Part shown: positions 55,210 to 64,000 of the stretch, one piece after another | Numbering within the stretch: position 1 is the stretch's first letter | How the letters are laid out: every line of letters begins with the position of its first letter | NCBI GenBank assembly: GCA_028286685.1 | Contig: JAQBRA010000002.1 | Span: forward strand, 129,073 to 193,072 | Length of the DNA: 64,000 nt | Reading direction: 5' to 3' | From: Candidatus Adlerbacteria bacterium | Lineage (GTDB): Bacteria; Patescibacteriota; Minisyncoccia; Phycocordibacterales; SBAW01 | Position numbers and translations under genes: made by a program | The notes under the pieces: generated by a model | The model's input: the letters and a program-made list of their open reading frames with translations, nothing else | Database searches by the model: none | Told to the model about the DNA's origin: nothing

Positions 55210-56451
55210 TTACCGAGGAGGCTCGTTAAGCGAAATTTTATACACCGCGCCCGCGCGATCATCCGACACATAGGCCACGCCGCCCGGCTCGGCCAATACC
55301 GCTACCGGGCGACCAATAGTGTCACTTGCGCTCTTGCCGCCCGCAGGCAAAAATCCGGTTACAAAGTCGGTCGTAAATTGGTCCTGCCGCAAGGTCCCTT
55401 CCGGATTAAGGAAGTCGATGCGCACCACCTTGTAGCCTGCGGGCTCGGAGCGATTCCACGAGCCATGGTACGCCACTAACGCGTCGTGCCAATACTCTTC
55501 AGGCCAACCTTCTTCCGGCACGAATGCCAAACCGAGCGCTGCCGAGTGCGCTGGCAAGTCTACATGCGCAGCCACTGTATCCGCACAAGGGTCGCGTATA
55601 TATTGGCGCTTGTCGTAGTCGGTATCGTGCACCTTCTGCCCGTAGCAGATAGGCCAGCCGTAATTGCCTCCCTGTTTTATGATATTGAGCTCGTCCGGCG
55701 GAATATCATCGCCGATAAGGTCACGGCCGTTCTCCGTGCCCCACAGCTCGCCCGTTACCGGATGCAGCGCCATAAAGACCGTGTTGCGCAGGCCGGTAGC
55801 GACCGGTGTCATTACTCCCGTTTCCAAATTGACGGACTGCACCGACGCGCGCAGCGGGCTTGATTCTTCGCAAGCATTACAGGAAGATCCTACAGAAACA
55901 AAGAGGCTCTTGTTATCGGGTGCAGGCAGGAGCGTGCGCGTATAGTGTCCGCTGCCGGTCGGAAACGTTGCAAGCGTTTTCTGATAGGTCGCTTTATAGG
56001 TATCGGCATCATAGGCGTATGCCTTAAGCGCGCCCGTCTCGGCAACATAGAGCGTGCAAGAATCCTCTTGCACGCAAATGAACGCAAGTCCGTGCGGCTG
56101 GTCGAGCCCTGACAGCACTTCGACAATCCTGTCTGCTTGCCCGTCGCCATTAAGGTCAGGCAAGGCCGAAACTTTTCCTTCGCTTGTTTGCGAAACCAGC
56201 AGCGCACCTTTGGGATCGCGCACTAAGACGCGCGCACCCTTAACGTCTCGAGCGAATATCGTTGCGGAAAATCCTTCCGGCACCATGAGCGGGGCGGCTA
56301 GACCCTCGGGCAAAGGGGCCGGCGGCTTGGCTGCGGTAAACAGCGCGATGAGAAATGCGGGCGGCCTGTACTTAACGTATTGATAGCCAAAGTATCCCCC
56401 CACTAAAAGTACCAAGAGCACCGCCAAGGCCCACCCGTACTTGTTTTGCAT
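55210..56451 (-). CDS. PQQ-dependent sugar (glucose/sorbosone) dehydrogenase-like beta-propeller protein
   Basis: ORF track, 413 aa with an N-terminal anchor. Sequence ...NYGWP... matches the GSDH family. Confidence 0.75.
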   Translation of the reverse strand: MQNKYGWALAVLLVLLVGGYFGYQYVKYRPPAFLIALFTAAKPPAPLPEGLAAPLMVPEGFSATIFARDVKGARVLVRDPKGALLVSQTSEGKVSALPDLNGDGQADRIVEVLSGLDQPHGLAFICVQEDSCTLYVAETGALKAYAYDADTYKATYQKTLATFPTGSGHYTRTLLPAPDNKSLFVSVGSSCNACEESSPLRASVQSVNLETGVMTPVATGLRNTVFMALHPVTGELWGTENGRDLIGDDIPPDELNIIKQGGNYGWPICYGQKVHDTDYDKRQYIRDPCADTVAAHVDLPAHSAALGLAFVPEEGWPEEYWHDALVAYHGSWNRSEPAGYKVVRIDFLNPEGTLRQDQFTTDFVTGFLPAGGKSASDTIGRPVAVLAEPGGVAYVSDDRAGAVYKISLNEPPR

Positions 56452-56496
56452 GCCGTAAGTATAGCCCCTCGCCCGAATACAGGATGAATATAAAAA

Positions 56497-56518
56497 CCGG
56501 CGCGGATTTCCGCGCCGG
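56497..56518. terminator. bidirectional terminator ccggcgcggATTTCcgcgccgg with A/T flanks
   Basis: A 9-bp GC stem. Confidence 0.7.
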
Positions 56519-56526
56519 GGATTTTT

Positions 56527-56928
56527 CTAATGCCTTTTGCGCTTAGGCGCATAGGCATAGCTTGCCGCTCCAGGACTAAACATGATTGCATAGCGGACGC
56601 GCGGCAGGCCCGAAACGCCTAACTGCCGGGCGCATCCGCCCGAAAGATCGAAGACGCGGCCACGGACAAACGGGCCCCGGTCGGTGACGGGCGCCACGAC
56701 AGATCTGCCGCTAGCGCTTGTAATCTGCACCCGCGTGCCAAAAGGCAGGGTTTTATGCGCCAAGGTACAGGCCGCGTGCCGATACCGCGGGCCGCTTGCC
56801 GTAGGGCCTCCATCGAGCCTTGCTGAGTAGACGCTTGCCGTCACGATCTGCGCCCGTGCTCCCCCGGCAGACATGCCAGAGATCACGAGCGCAAACAATG
56901 CCAATGCAACGTATCTAGAAACGTGCAT
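56527..56928 (-). CDS. RlpA-like double-psi beta-barrel (septal ring lytic transglycosylase family) protein
   Basis: ORF track, 133 aa with a signal peptide. Sequence ASVYS...GxxTASG...LPFGTRVQIT...VTDRGPF. Confidence 0.75.
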   Translation of the reverse strand: MHVSRYVALALFALVISGMSAGGARAQIVTASVYSARLDGGPTASGPRYRHAACTLAHKTLPFGTRVQITSASGRSVVAPVTDRGPFVRGRVFDLSGGCARQLGVSGLPRVRYAIMFSPGAASYAYAPKRKRH

Positions 56929-56998
56929 TTACTTACTCCTATTTTGTTGAATGTAGAACGCTACGCTAGAGAACACAGAGGGACTCTACCTATAGCAA

Positions 56999-57036
56999 AT
57001 CATCCCGGCCTGAAGCCGGGATGAATCGCCTTTTTT
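56999..57036. terminator. hairpin tcatcccggcCTGAAgccgggatga + T-run
   Basis: A 10-bp stem. It lies 3' of the minus-strand gene ending at 57049; the T-run is on the plus side. Confidence 0.55.
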
Positions 57037-57048
57037 CCTACAGAGAAG

Positions 57049-57297
57049 CTACTGGGTTTGCGTCGGTGCTGGTGCCGGCGCAGCGCCGCCCCCACCTGCA
57101 TCAGAACCGCCAGTATTAGAGCCGCCCGTCGGCAAATTGACCTGTATGGTCGAGCCCGGATTCTGAGCCGGGGCACCGCGATAGCGCGTGAACCATATAG
57201 CGCCGACTGCGACGACTATCAAAAGGATAATGACGGCTACTGCCCATCCCGCAGAGGAATCGCGGGGCTCGCCGGGGTTATTTACAATGGTTGCCAT
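57049..57297 (-). CDS. small membrane protein (82 aa)
   Basis: ORF track. It has one TM helix followed by a Gly/Ala/Pro-rich tail. Confidence 0.5.
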   Translation of the reverse strand: MATIVNNPGEPRDSSAGWAVAVIILLIVVAVGAIWFTRYRGAPAQNPGSTIQVNLPTGGSNTGGSDAGGGGAAPAPAPTQTQ

Positions 57298-57446
57298 AGA
57301 GTTTATTAAAACTGATTACTGGTAATGAGGCTTAACACTATAAGGTAGCGCCTGAACGCCACATGAACCGCTACGGGCGCAGAGGGGGCCGTGGGGCTGT
57401 TATTTTGCCCCAGACGTGGTAGAATAGGTTAGCAGCAGCCACTACT

Positions 57447-58004
57447 TTGGATACCACTCGAGTCAACCATAATATCCGCGCAAAAGAGGTCCGCGTTGTC
57501 GGCGCCGAGGGAGAAAACCTGGGTGTTTTGGCCCTTTCGGACGCTATTGCCCGGGCACAGGAGATCGGGCTCGACCTTATAGAGATCTCCCCCAATGCGG
57601 TCCCCCCGGTTGCTAAAATAATGGAATATGGTAAATTCCAATACGAAGCTCAGAAGAAGCGTCGCGAGATAAAGGCCAAATCCCATGTAACCGAGACCAA
57701 GTCGGTCCAGGTCAAGATAGGCACCGGCGACCACGATATGCAGCTGAAGGCCCGCCGGGCCGCCGAATGGCTCGCCGAGGGCCACCGGGTCAAGGTAGAC
57801 CTCTTCTTGTGGGGGCGCTACAAGTACATGGAGTTCAACTTCCTCAAGGAGCGTTTGGAGCGGTTCCTCAAGCTCATCCCCGAGGACTACAAGCTCGCCG
57901 ACCCTATACAGAAGAGCCCCAAAGGCCTGGCAACAGTGCTCGAGCGGGCCAAGAAGATACAGGCCGCCCCCGCCCCTTCCCCCGCCAAACCGCAAGCAGA
58001 GTAA
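57447..58004 (+). CDS. infC: translation initiation factor IF-3
   Basis: ORF track. It begins with a TTG start codon at 57447, and non-AUG starts are common for infC. It carries IF3 N- and C-terminal domain motifs. Confidence 0.9.
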   Translation: MDTTRVNHNIRAKEVRVVGAEGENLGVLALSDAIARAQEIGLDLIEISPNAVPPVAKIMEYGKFQYEAQKKRREIKAKSHVTETKSVQVKIGTGDHDMQLKARRAAEWLAEGHRVKVDLFLWGRYKYMEFNFLKERLERFLKLIPEDYKLADPIQKSPKGLATVLERAKKIQAAPAPSPAKPQAE

Positions 58005-58013
58005 GAAACCCGT

Positions 58014-58211
58014 ATGAAAACCAACAAATCTTTCGCCAAGCGCATCAAGGTCACTCGCCGTGGCAAGCTGGTCGCGCGCAAGCCGGGCAAGAACCACTTT
58101 AACGCCAAGGAGGGCCGCAGCACTCAGATGGCCAACAACCGCACCCAGAACCTGACCCTTACCCCCAAGGTCCTGCAGCGCTACATCGGCAATCCCAGCA
58201 AGCACAAGTAA
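58014..58211 (+). CDS. rpmI: 50S ribosomal protein L35
   Basis: ORF track, 65 aa, MKTNKSFAKRIKVT... Confidence 0.95.
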   Translation: MKTNKSFAKRIKVTRRGKLVARKPGKNHFNAKEGRSTQMANNRTQNLTLTPKVLQRYIGNPSKHK

Positions 58212-58227
58212 TTAACTATTTTTATAT

Positions 58228-58578
58228 ATGGCACGCGTAAAAGGAGGCACAACCAGTAACAAACGCCGCAAGAACATTCTTGCGATGACTAAGGGCTACC
58301 GCTTCGGCCGCTCTACCAAGAAGCGCCAGGCGCGCGAGGCCATCTTCCATGCCGGAAAGTACGCCTTTGCCCACCGCAAGGATAAGAAGAACGACTTCCG
58401 TCGCCTCTGGACGGTCCGCATCAACGGCGCTTTGGATGCCATGGGCTCCGAGGTATCCTACAGCCGCCTCATCGGCGCCATGGGCAAGAAGGGCATCCTC
58501 GTTAACCGCAAGATGCTCTCCGAGCTGGCACTCCGCTCCCCTGAGGCCTTCTCCCGCGTCGTTTCCCAGGTCGCCTAG
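58228..58578 (+). CDS. rplT: 50S ribosomal protein L20
   Basis: ORF track, 116 aa, MARVKGGTTSNKRRKNIL... Confidence 0.95.
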   Translation: MARVKGGTTSNKRRKNILAMTKGYRFGRSTKKRQAREAIFHAGKYAFAHRKDKKNDFRRLWTVRINGALDAMGSEVSYSRLIGAMGKKGILVNRKMLSELALRSPEAFSRVVSQVA

Positions 58579-58596
58579 TCTTCCACAACTCATACT

Positions 58597-58627
58597 GAAA
58601 AACCCCGGCCAAAAGCCGGGGTTTTTT
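58597..58627 (+). terminator. terminator aaaaaccccggcCAAAAgccggggtttttt after rplT
   Basis: A 9-bp GC stem followed by a T-run. Confidence 0.8.
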
Positions 58628-58651
58628 GATACTTATTGTTGGGCGCCTCAG

Positions 58652-59275
58652 TTAGAGATGGGCTGCCAGGGAAGCCTTCTCCGCCCCCGCCTCAAAGCGG
58701 AAAGAGGCGCGGTTAACCTTGTCCTTGTTAACGAGCTCGGCCACTCGCTCTACAAGCGCCTTGGGGTCGGAATCAAAGAGGATGCGGTCGTTGGGGCGAT
58801 GGCCCTTTTCGAGTATGTATTTGATCTCCTCGTCAGTCTCCCAGTCGGCCTCCAAGATGCCCATGGGCTTCTGATCCTCAAACGCGATAGTAAACTCGTG
58901 GATGGTTCCGATGCGCCCGCAGCCGAAGAAGACCGCGTCGCACGAGCGGGTAAAGATAAGGTCCCGGCCCGGGAACCCGAAGCCCGTGTAAATGATCATG
59001 TCCATGTACTCGACCGGCAGGTTGTAGGCCTCGATATGCTCCTTTTCGGTATTGGCCGGCGAGAATCCCACCGTAAAGCCGCCCGCCTCTTTAGCGCCCA
59101 TGGCTGCCCACAGAGGAAAGCCGGTGGTTGCGCCGTTAACCAGCACGGCGTCGTGCTTGGCTATCTCGCGACCAAGCGCCAGCCCCTTGTCATACGCGTC
59201 GATGCCGCAATGCCCCGTCTCTGCCGCGCCTGATATGCCGAATTTTAATTTGAGATGCTCGTTCTTGGGATTCAT
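58652..59275 (-). CDS. LOG-family / TIGR00730-like Rossmann-fold nucleotide-binding protein
   Basis: ORF track, 207 aa. Sequence ...FGCGRIGTIHEF... Confidence 0.7.
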   Translation of the reverse strand: MNPKNEHLKLKFGISGAAETGHCGIDAYDKGLALGREIAKHDAVLVNGATTGFPLWAAMGAKEAGGFTVGFSPANTEKEHIEAYNLPVEYMDMIIYTGFGFPGRDLIFTRSCDAVFFGCGRIGTIHEFTIAFEDQKPMGILEADWETDEEIKYILEKGHRPNDRILFDSDPKALVERVAELVNKDKVNRASFRFEAGAEKASLAAHL

Positions 59276-59279
59276 GGTC

Positions 59280-59356
59280 TAGCGAGTGAGAGAATAAAAG
59301 CGCGGCTTTAGTTCCGAGCGAGTGACGACCATATGAGACGTACTCGTGCTCATATG
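59280..59356 (-). repeat. copy 3 of the conserved ~77-nt two-hairpin element
   Basis: tagcgagtgagagaataaaagcgcggctttagttccgagcgagtgacgaccatatgagacgtactcgtgctcatatg, lying between stop 59363 and start 59275. Confidence 0.8.
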
Positions 59357-59362
59357 GATATA

Positions 59363-60718
59363 TTATAGCTCAATAGTCGCGCTATCCCCCTGCCCCGGAG
59401 CAGTGGCCTTCACGGCCAAGTAGTCGCGGATGCGCTGGGTCAGGAAGCCGGCTGCGGCGGGCTCGCCCTCTACGACGAACACTTGGGTAAGAGTGCCGGC
59501 GCAAGCCTCCACCAGCTCCATAAGCCCTGCGCCGTCGCGGTGGGCCGAGTAGCCGTACAGGGTCTCCACGTGCGCGCGTACCGGTATGACTTCTTTTCCT
59601 ACATGGAGCTCCTTCTCCCCTTCCAAGAGCCGGCGGCCTATGGTGCCCGCTGCTTGGTAACCCACGATAAGCAAGGTAGAGGCGGGGTCAGGGAGCACGT
59701 AGCGCTCGTGGCTGAGCACCCGGCCGCCGTTGCTCATGCCCGAGCCCGCCAGAATGATCTTGGGTCCCTCAACCGACTGGATGAGGCGGGACTCCTCCTG
59801 GTCGCGGGCAAACTTCATTTCCGGAAAGGAGAAGATCTTTTCCCCCTTTGCAACGCGATCCTGAATCTCGCGGGAGAAGTATTCCGGATGATCCTCGAAA
59901 GCGGCCGTGATCTTCTCGGCCAGGGGCGAGTCCAAAAATACCGGCACTGAAGGTATCATCTTTCCGGTCATGAGCGACCGGATCTCGAATACCAGGTCTT
60001 GCGTGCGCTCGGTTGAAAATGCCGGAATAAGCAGGGTGCCGCCGCGCAAGACCGTAGCCTCAATGACGTTCTCCAAGTCCTCGCGGCGATGGCTGTCGTC
60101 CTGGCGCACGCGATCGCCGTACACGCTCTCGATAACCAAGTAATCGGGATTAGGCAGCGCCTCGGTAAGCGGCAGGAGCGGCGAGTTGCCGCCGCCCAAG
60201 TCGCCCGTTACGACCAGGCTTTTATCTGCGCGGCTAAAGCGCGACATGGCAGAGCCAAGTATGTGTCCGGCGTCATAAAACTCATGAGTCATGCCATCCG
60301 GAAGCTCCAGAGGCTCGTGCAATCCCCGCTCCTCCCACAGCTTGAGCGCATGGTCGATATCCTGCTCGGCATACAAGGGCTCGCGTCCGCCATGCCCGAC
60401 GGCTCGGATCATAAGGCTGAGCGCGTCGCGCATGATGAACTCCGCAAGCGAGCGCGTGGCATGGGTTGAGACTATTTTTCCGGTAAAGCCCGACTTGACC
60501 AGGAACGGTATGCGGCCTACGTGGTCGAGGTGCGCATGGCTGATAAACAGGTGCGAAACCGCCTTTACGTCATAGGCAAACGGCTTGTAGTTGTCTTCTT
60601 CGTGTACGCCCTGCTCGAAGCCGCAATCAATGAGGAATTTGGCGCCCCCGGTATCGAGCATAAAGTTGGAGCCGGTCACGGACCCGGCCCCGCCATAGAA
60701 CGTCAGTGTTGATTGCAT
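59363..60718 (-). CDS. MBL-fold beta-CASP ribonuclease (RNase J-like)
   Basis: ORF track, 451 aa. It has the HAHLDH motif plus a beta-CASP domain. Confidence 0.8.
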   Translation of the reverse strand: MQSTLTFYGGAGSVTGSNFMLDTGGAKFLIDCGFEQGVHEEDNYKPFAYDVKAVSHLFISHAHLDHVGRIPFLVKSGFTGKIVSTHATRSLAEFIMRDALSLMIRAVGHGGREPLYAEQDIDHALKLWEERGLHEPLELPDGMTHEFYDAGHILGSAMSRFSRADKSLVVTGDLGGGNSPLLPLTEALPNPDYLVIESVYGDRVRQDDSHRREDLENVIEATVLRGGTLLIPAFSTERTQDLVFEIRSLMTGKMIPSVPVFLDSPLAEKITAAFEDHPEYFSREIQDRVAKGEKIFSFPEMKFARDQEESRLIQSVEGPKIILAGSGMSNGGRVLSHERYVLPDPASTLLIVGYQAAGTIGRRLLEGEKELHVGKEVIPVRAHVETLYGYSAHRDGAGLMELVEACAGTLTQVFVVEGEPAAAGFLTQRIRDYLAVKATAPGQGDSATIEL

Positions 60719-60958
60719 ACGACAAGTATACAGGAGGGCACTAAAAAAACCGCCCTTGCAGGCAGTTTTTTTAGTCGGACTTCGAAAGCAAAGCGTCTAC
60801 TTGAGTGATAGGTGGGTGCCCGCACGTCCGAGCCGCAGCGCGGAAAAATATAGAGCTCCCTGTAGAACACTTAGTAACTTTTGCCCTCGACGTCCTCTGT
60901 AAGTATATCAAACCGGTTATTTTTGCCAGGTGGACAAGAAATTCCGGATTTCAGCTGC

Positions 60959-61543
60959 TTATTCGTCAATACCGAAGCGCTTGTATTTGTATATAGGGTG
61001 CTTGCCGAACCAGTGCTTTATCTCGTGTGCGGCCTCCTCCGGGGTCTCGCTGGCGTGGATGAGGTTGTAGACCGCGCGCTTCTCGATGTTAGCGCTTATG
61101 GCCGAGTCGGCAGAGTAGTCGCCGCGGATAGTGCCCATCTCAGCCAAATACGGCATCGTAGGGCCGACAATCTTGCGCACCATGTCGACAGAATGCACGC
61201 CCTGCACCACCATCTTGACCATGGGGGCGCTGGTCATGAAATCGATGAGCCATTTGCGCACCTCCTTGCCGACCTTGAGCTTGTCGGTCGTGCCAAAGTC
61301 GCGCTTGACGCTATGGCCGTACTTCTCGTAGGTCGTAGTGGTCTTGTCGCCCAGGCGGGTCAGCCACGCTTCGGTCTTAGGATAATGGTTGTCCATTTCG
61401 ACGCGGGTGGAGAGGAACATTTCCATGGCAACAATCTTGAGGTCGCGCTGTTCGAAGCGCTTTATCACCTCGCCGATAAGCCCTTTGCGCACGCCGTCGG
61501 GCTTGATAAGGACGAACGTCTTCTCTTCTTTCGGATGCATCAT
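60959..61543 (-). CDS. ndk: nucleoside diphosphate kinase (long form)
   Basis: ORF track 60959-61564. The NDK core is FVLIKPDGV...NLIHASE (His active site). Confidence 0.85.
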   Translation of the reverse strand: MMHPKEEKTFVLIKPDGVRKGLIGEVIKRFEQRDLKIVAMEMFLSTRVEMDNHYPKTEAWLTRLGDKTTTTYEKYGHSVKRDFGTTDKLKVGKEVRKWLIDFMTSAPMVKMVVQGVHSVDMVRKIVGPTMPYLAEMGTIRGDYSADSAISANIEKRAVYNLIHASETPEEAAHEIKHWFGKHPIYKYKRFGIDE

Positions 61544-61619
61544 ATGGGCCCGATAGTAGCCCAATTAAGGCGGTAAAGCAAGAATAAGTCCTTCTTATTC
61601 TTCCAAATAAAAAGACAAG

Positions 61620-62381
61620 TTACGCAGTTAAAACCTCAACCCCGTCCTTTGTTATCAAAACCGTATGTTCAGTCTCGGCCGAGCGACTACCGTCAGCGGT
61701 AACATAGGTCCACTCGTCTTCCATAAGCTCTATGTCGCCTCCGCCTTCGGTAAATATGGGCTCTATGGCCAAGACCAGGCCCTCTTCAAGCACATGGCCT
61801 TTGCCCGCCTCGCCCAAGTTGGGCACAAACGGGCCCTCGTGGGGCACCCGGCCAAGCGAGTGCCCGCCCAAGTCCTCGACGACTCCCAGCCCGTATTTGC
61901 GGGCTACGGCCTCTATGGCGGCTCCAATGTCCCCCATGCGCGCACCCGGCCGCGCAACCTTAAGCGCCTCGCGCAGAGCCTCCTGTGTCGCCTCTATCAG
62001 AACCCGGCCTTTTTCATCGCACGCGCCAGCGCACACCGTAATAGCCGCGTCGGCAAAGTAGCCGTCCAGGCTCAAGCCCAAGTCGAGCATCACCAGGTCG
62101 CCCTCCTCAACGAGGCGCTCTTCGTCCGGTATCCCATGGACCACCTCGTCATTAATAGAGACGCACAATGCCGCCGGGAAGGCGTATGCGGCGCCCTCAG
62201 GCGTGTAGTTTAAAAATGCGGGCACGGCACCTGCGGCGCGGATATATTCCTCGGCCGCCAAATCAAGCGCTGCGGTCGAGACGCCGGGCACGACAAGCGT
62301 AGCGGTATGGCGCAGAGCCTCGGCCAAGAGCTTTCCGGCCCGGCGCAGCCCCTCTATTTCTTCCTGCGTTTTTGCAATCAT
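61620..62381 (-). CDS. map: type I methionine aminopeptidase
   Basis: ORF track, 253 aa with conserved metal ligands. Confidence 0.95.
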   Translation of the reverse strand: MIAKTQEEIEGLRRAGKLLAEALRHTATLVVPGVSTAALDLAAEEYIRAAGAVPAFLNYTPEGAAYAFPAALCVSINDEVVHGIPDEERLVEEGDLVMLDLGLSLDGYFADAAITVCAGACDEKGRVLIEATQEALREALKVARPGARMGDIGAAIEAVARKYGLGVVEDLGGHSLGRVPHEGPFVPNLGEAGKGHVLEEGLVLAIEPIFTEGGGDIELMEDEWTYVTADGSRSAETEHTVLITKDGVEVLTA

Positions 62382-62386
62382 ATACG

Positions 62387-62959
62387 TTACTTGATCCCGA
62401 GCGCCCTGACGACTTCCGCGTGTACGTCTTCAATGCTGTGCTCGCCGCTTACCTCTACCAGGACGCCCTTCTCCCTGAAAAACTCGATAGCGTGCGCGGT
62501 ATGCTCCTCGTACTCGCGGATGCGGCGCTCGACCGTGTCCGACGCGTCGTCGGCACGGCCCTGCTCGCTCTTGCGCACGGCTATGCGGCGCTCAACTTCA
62601 GCGTCCGGAATATTGAGAAATACCGCTTTATACGGACGCTCGAGCCAGGCCGCCGTCTCGTCAAAAGCCTGCGCCTCGTGGAGCCTGCGGCAGGCGCCCT
62701 CAAATACAATCGCGTCTTCTGGGGCAAGGCCAAGCAGCACCTCAACAAACATATGGGATGAAAACCAGTTAGGCAGCAGCTCGCCGCTGTCTATGACTTT
62801 CTTTATTTTATCCGCTACGAAGCCGTGGCCCTTGGCCATTTCGCGCAGACGGTTGCCGGATGAATAGATATCGCAGCCCAGGCGCTTGGCCAACAGCTTG
62901 CCCTGGGTACCCTTCCCCGACCCCGGCCTGCCCATCATCAAAAATGTATTTACTTCCAT
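62387..62959 (-). CDS. adk: adenylate kinase (short, no zinc lid)
   Basis: ORF track. GRPGSGKGTQ P-loop. Confidence 0.95.
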   Translation of the reverse strand: MEVNTFLMMGRPGSGKGTQGKLLAKRLGCDIYSSGNRLREMAKGHGFVADKIKKVIDSGELLPNWFSSHMFVEVLLGLAPEDAIVFEGACRRLHEAQAFDETAAWLERPYKAVFLNIPDAEVERRIAVRKSEQGRADDASDTVERRIREYEEHTAHAIEFFREKGVLVEVSGEHSIEDVHAEVVRALGIK

Positions 62960-63008
62960 AGAAACAGAATAGCAGGATTATTAAAATCGCGCCCTGAGGC
63001 GCAATTTC

Positions 63009-64000
63009 TTAGTACTCCCGGATGGAGAGCTGCGCATCTATGCGGCGCGAGACGTCGAGAATAACGGAGACGGCGATAAGGAGTCCGGTGCCGCCGATGG
63101 CGAGATTCTGGAGGCCGGTCAGGTTCTGCACAATGATCGGCATGACGGCAATAAGTCCCAAGAACAGCGCGCCGACGAACGTGATGCGGGTGATGGTGCG
63201 GCCCAGGTGTTCTGCGGTCGAGGGTCCGGGGCGCACGCCGGGGATGAAGGCGCCGTTCTTCTGGAGGTTCTCGGCAATCTGGTTAGGCTCGAAGGTAACC
63301 GCGGTGTAGAAGTAGGTAAAGAGGAATACCAGGACGAAGTACGTCGCGCCATAGATCCACTGGTTCTGCAGGAGGCCGAGTATGGAGGTCGAGAGTCCCG
63401 CAAGGATCGCGTTGCTCGATGCCTGGAAGAAGGTCGCGAACATCTGCGGCAGCAAGAGGAAGGAGAGCGCGAAGATGATCGGAATGACGCCCGCCTGGTT
63501 GAGGCGCAGCGGGAGGTAGGTCGAGGCGCCGCCGAAGAACTTCATGCCGCGCACGCGCTTGGCATAGGTAACCGGCACCGGGCGCTCGGCCTCGGTAATG
63601 TAGACCACTGCGGCAATGACCGCGAGGCCCGCAGCGATAAAGGCCAAGTAAACCGGAATCTGTGCTGCATCGAACGAGAACAGCGTCTGGCTGATAGCCG
63701 ACGGCAAGCGCGCAACGATGCCCGCGAATATGATGAGCGATACGCCGTTACCCAGGCCGTACTCGGAAATAAGCTCGCCGATCCACATAAGGAGGAGCGA
63801 GCCGGCGACAATAGAAAGGAGGTTGATGGCGAACTGGAAGGGAGACAGCGCCGGCAAAACGCCCTGGCGCTCGAGGATGATAAGGAAGCTGATGCCCTGC
63901 AAGAAGGCGATGGGGAGCGTCAAGAAGCGCGTGTATTGCGAAAAGCGGGCGCGGCCGGCCTCGCCCTCTTCCTGGTACATGGCCTTAAGGCGCGGCACCA
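63009..64000 (-). CDS. secY: preprotein translocase subunit SecY (C-terminal part; N-terminus beyond right window edge)
   Basis: ORF track 63009-63998. The SecY C-terminal half is present, and gene order secY-adk-map matches the end of the ribosomal-protein cluster. Confidence 0.9.
   Translation of the reverse strand, partial: VPRLKAMYQEEGEAGRARFSQYTRFLTLPIAFLQGISFLIILERQGVLPALSPFQFAINLLSIVAGSLLLMWIGELISEYGLGNGVSLIIFAGIVARLPSAISQTLFSFDAAQIPVYLAFIAAGLAVIAAVVYITEAERPVPVTYAKRVRGMKFFGGASTYLPLRLNQAGVIPIIFALSFLLLPQMFATFFQASSNAILAGLSTSILGLLQNQWIYGATYFVLVFLFTYFYTAVTFEPNQIAENLQKNGAFIPGVRPGPSTAEHLGRTITRITFVGALFLGLIAVMPIIVQNLTGLQNLAIGGTGLLIAVSVILDVSRRIDAQLSIREY

Noticed and set aside
60740-60775. A/T-stem palindrome ctaaaaaaac...gtttttttag at 60740-60775
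   Set aside because: It is a possible weak terminator about 190 nt downstream of ndk, but the stem is almost pure A-T and the middle does not pair, so confidence is too low to call.

Overview
This is a high-GC (~60%), gene-dense bacterial window whose content (large type IV pilus/competence locus, many small membrane proteins, tRNA-Ile(UAU), reduced housekeeping set) suggests a small-genome, possibly CPR/Patescibacteria-like organism; that placement is an inference, not established. Left to right: (1) prfB 5' end plus two tRNA-Thr, then a glycan locus (800-8412) encoding a Ppm1-like GT2 fused to a GtrA domain, a GH8 endoglucanase, a cellulose-synthase-like GT2, a GT-C/PMT-family mannosyltransferase and a GH6 cellulase. 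(2) An AT-rich islet and a tRNA hotspot (Asp, Met, fMet) with accessory membrane and HEPN-like genes. (3) gatA-gatC-ligA. (4) An ~18.5 kb type IV pilus/competence locus on the minus strand: four prepilin-like minor pilins, pilD, a pilA-like pilin, an AT-rich 763-aa secreted protein, an HYR-repeat protein, three tandem pilin paralogs, pilC, pilT, pilB, pilP-like, pilO, pilN, pilM and divergent comF. (5) mpg, an ABC exporter, a VOC protein, a matrixin-like protease, a metallophosphoesterase and an EVE protein. (6) A lower-GC island next to tRNA-Ser(GCT) with internal direct repeats of the tRNA 3' end. (7) An ECF sigma/anti-sigma pair, malic enzyme, GtrA, recG, tRNA-Ile(UAU), ftsH, smpB, a probable tmRNA (ssrA) whose 3' end is duplicated next to a SET-domain gene, a PQQ sugar dehydrogenase and an RlpA-like protein. 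(8) infC-rpmI-rplT, a LOG-family gene, an RNase J-like gene, and ndk-map-adk-secY (partial). The most unusual sequence-level finding is a conserved ~77-nt two-hairpin element in three copies (38114-38190, 42977-43053, 59280-59356). Each copy sits in the short spacer between two co-directional minus-strand genes, and the first hairpin shows compensatory base changes between copies. No CRISPR array, rRNA gene or recognisable transposase/integrase was found.
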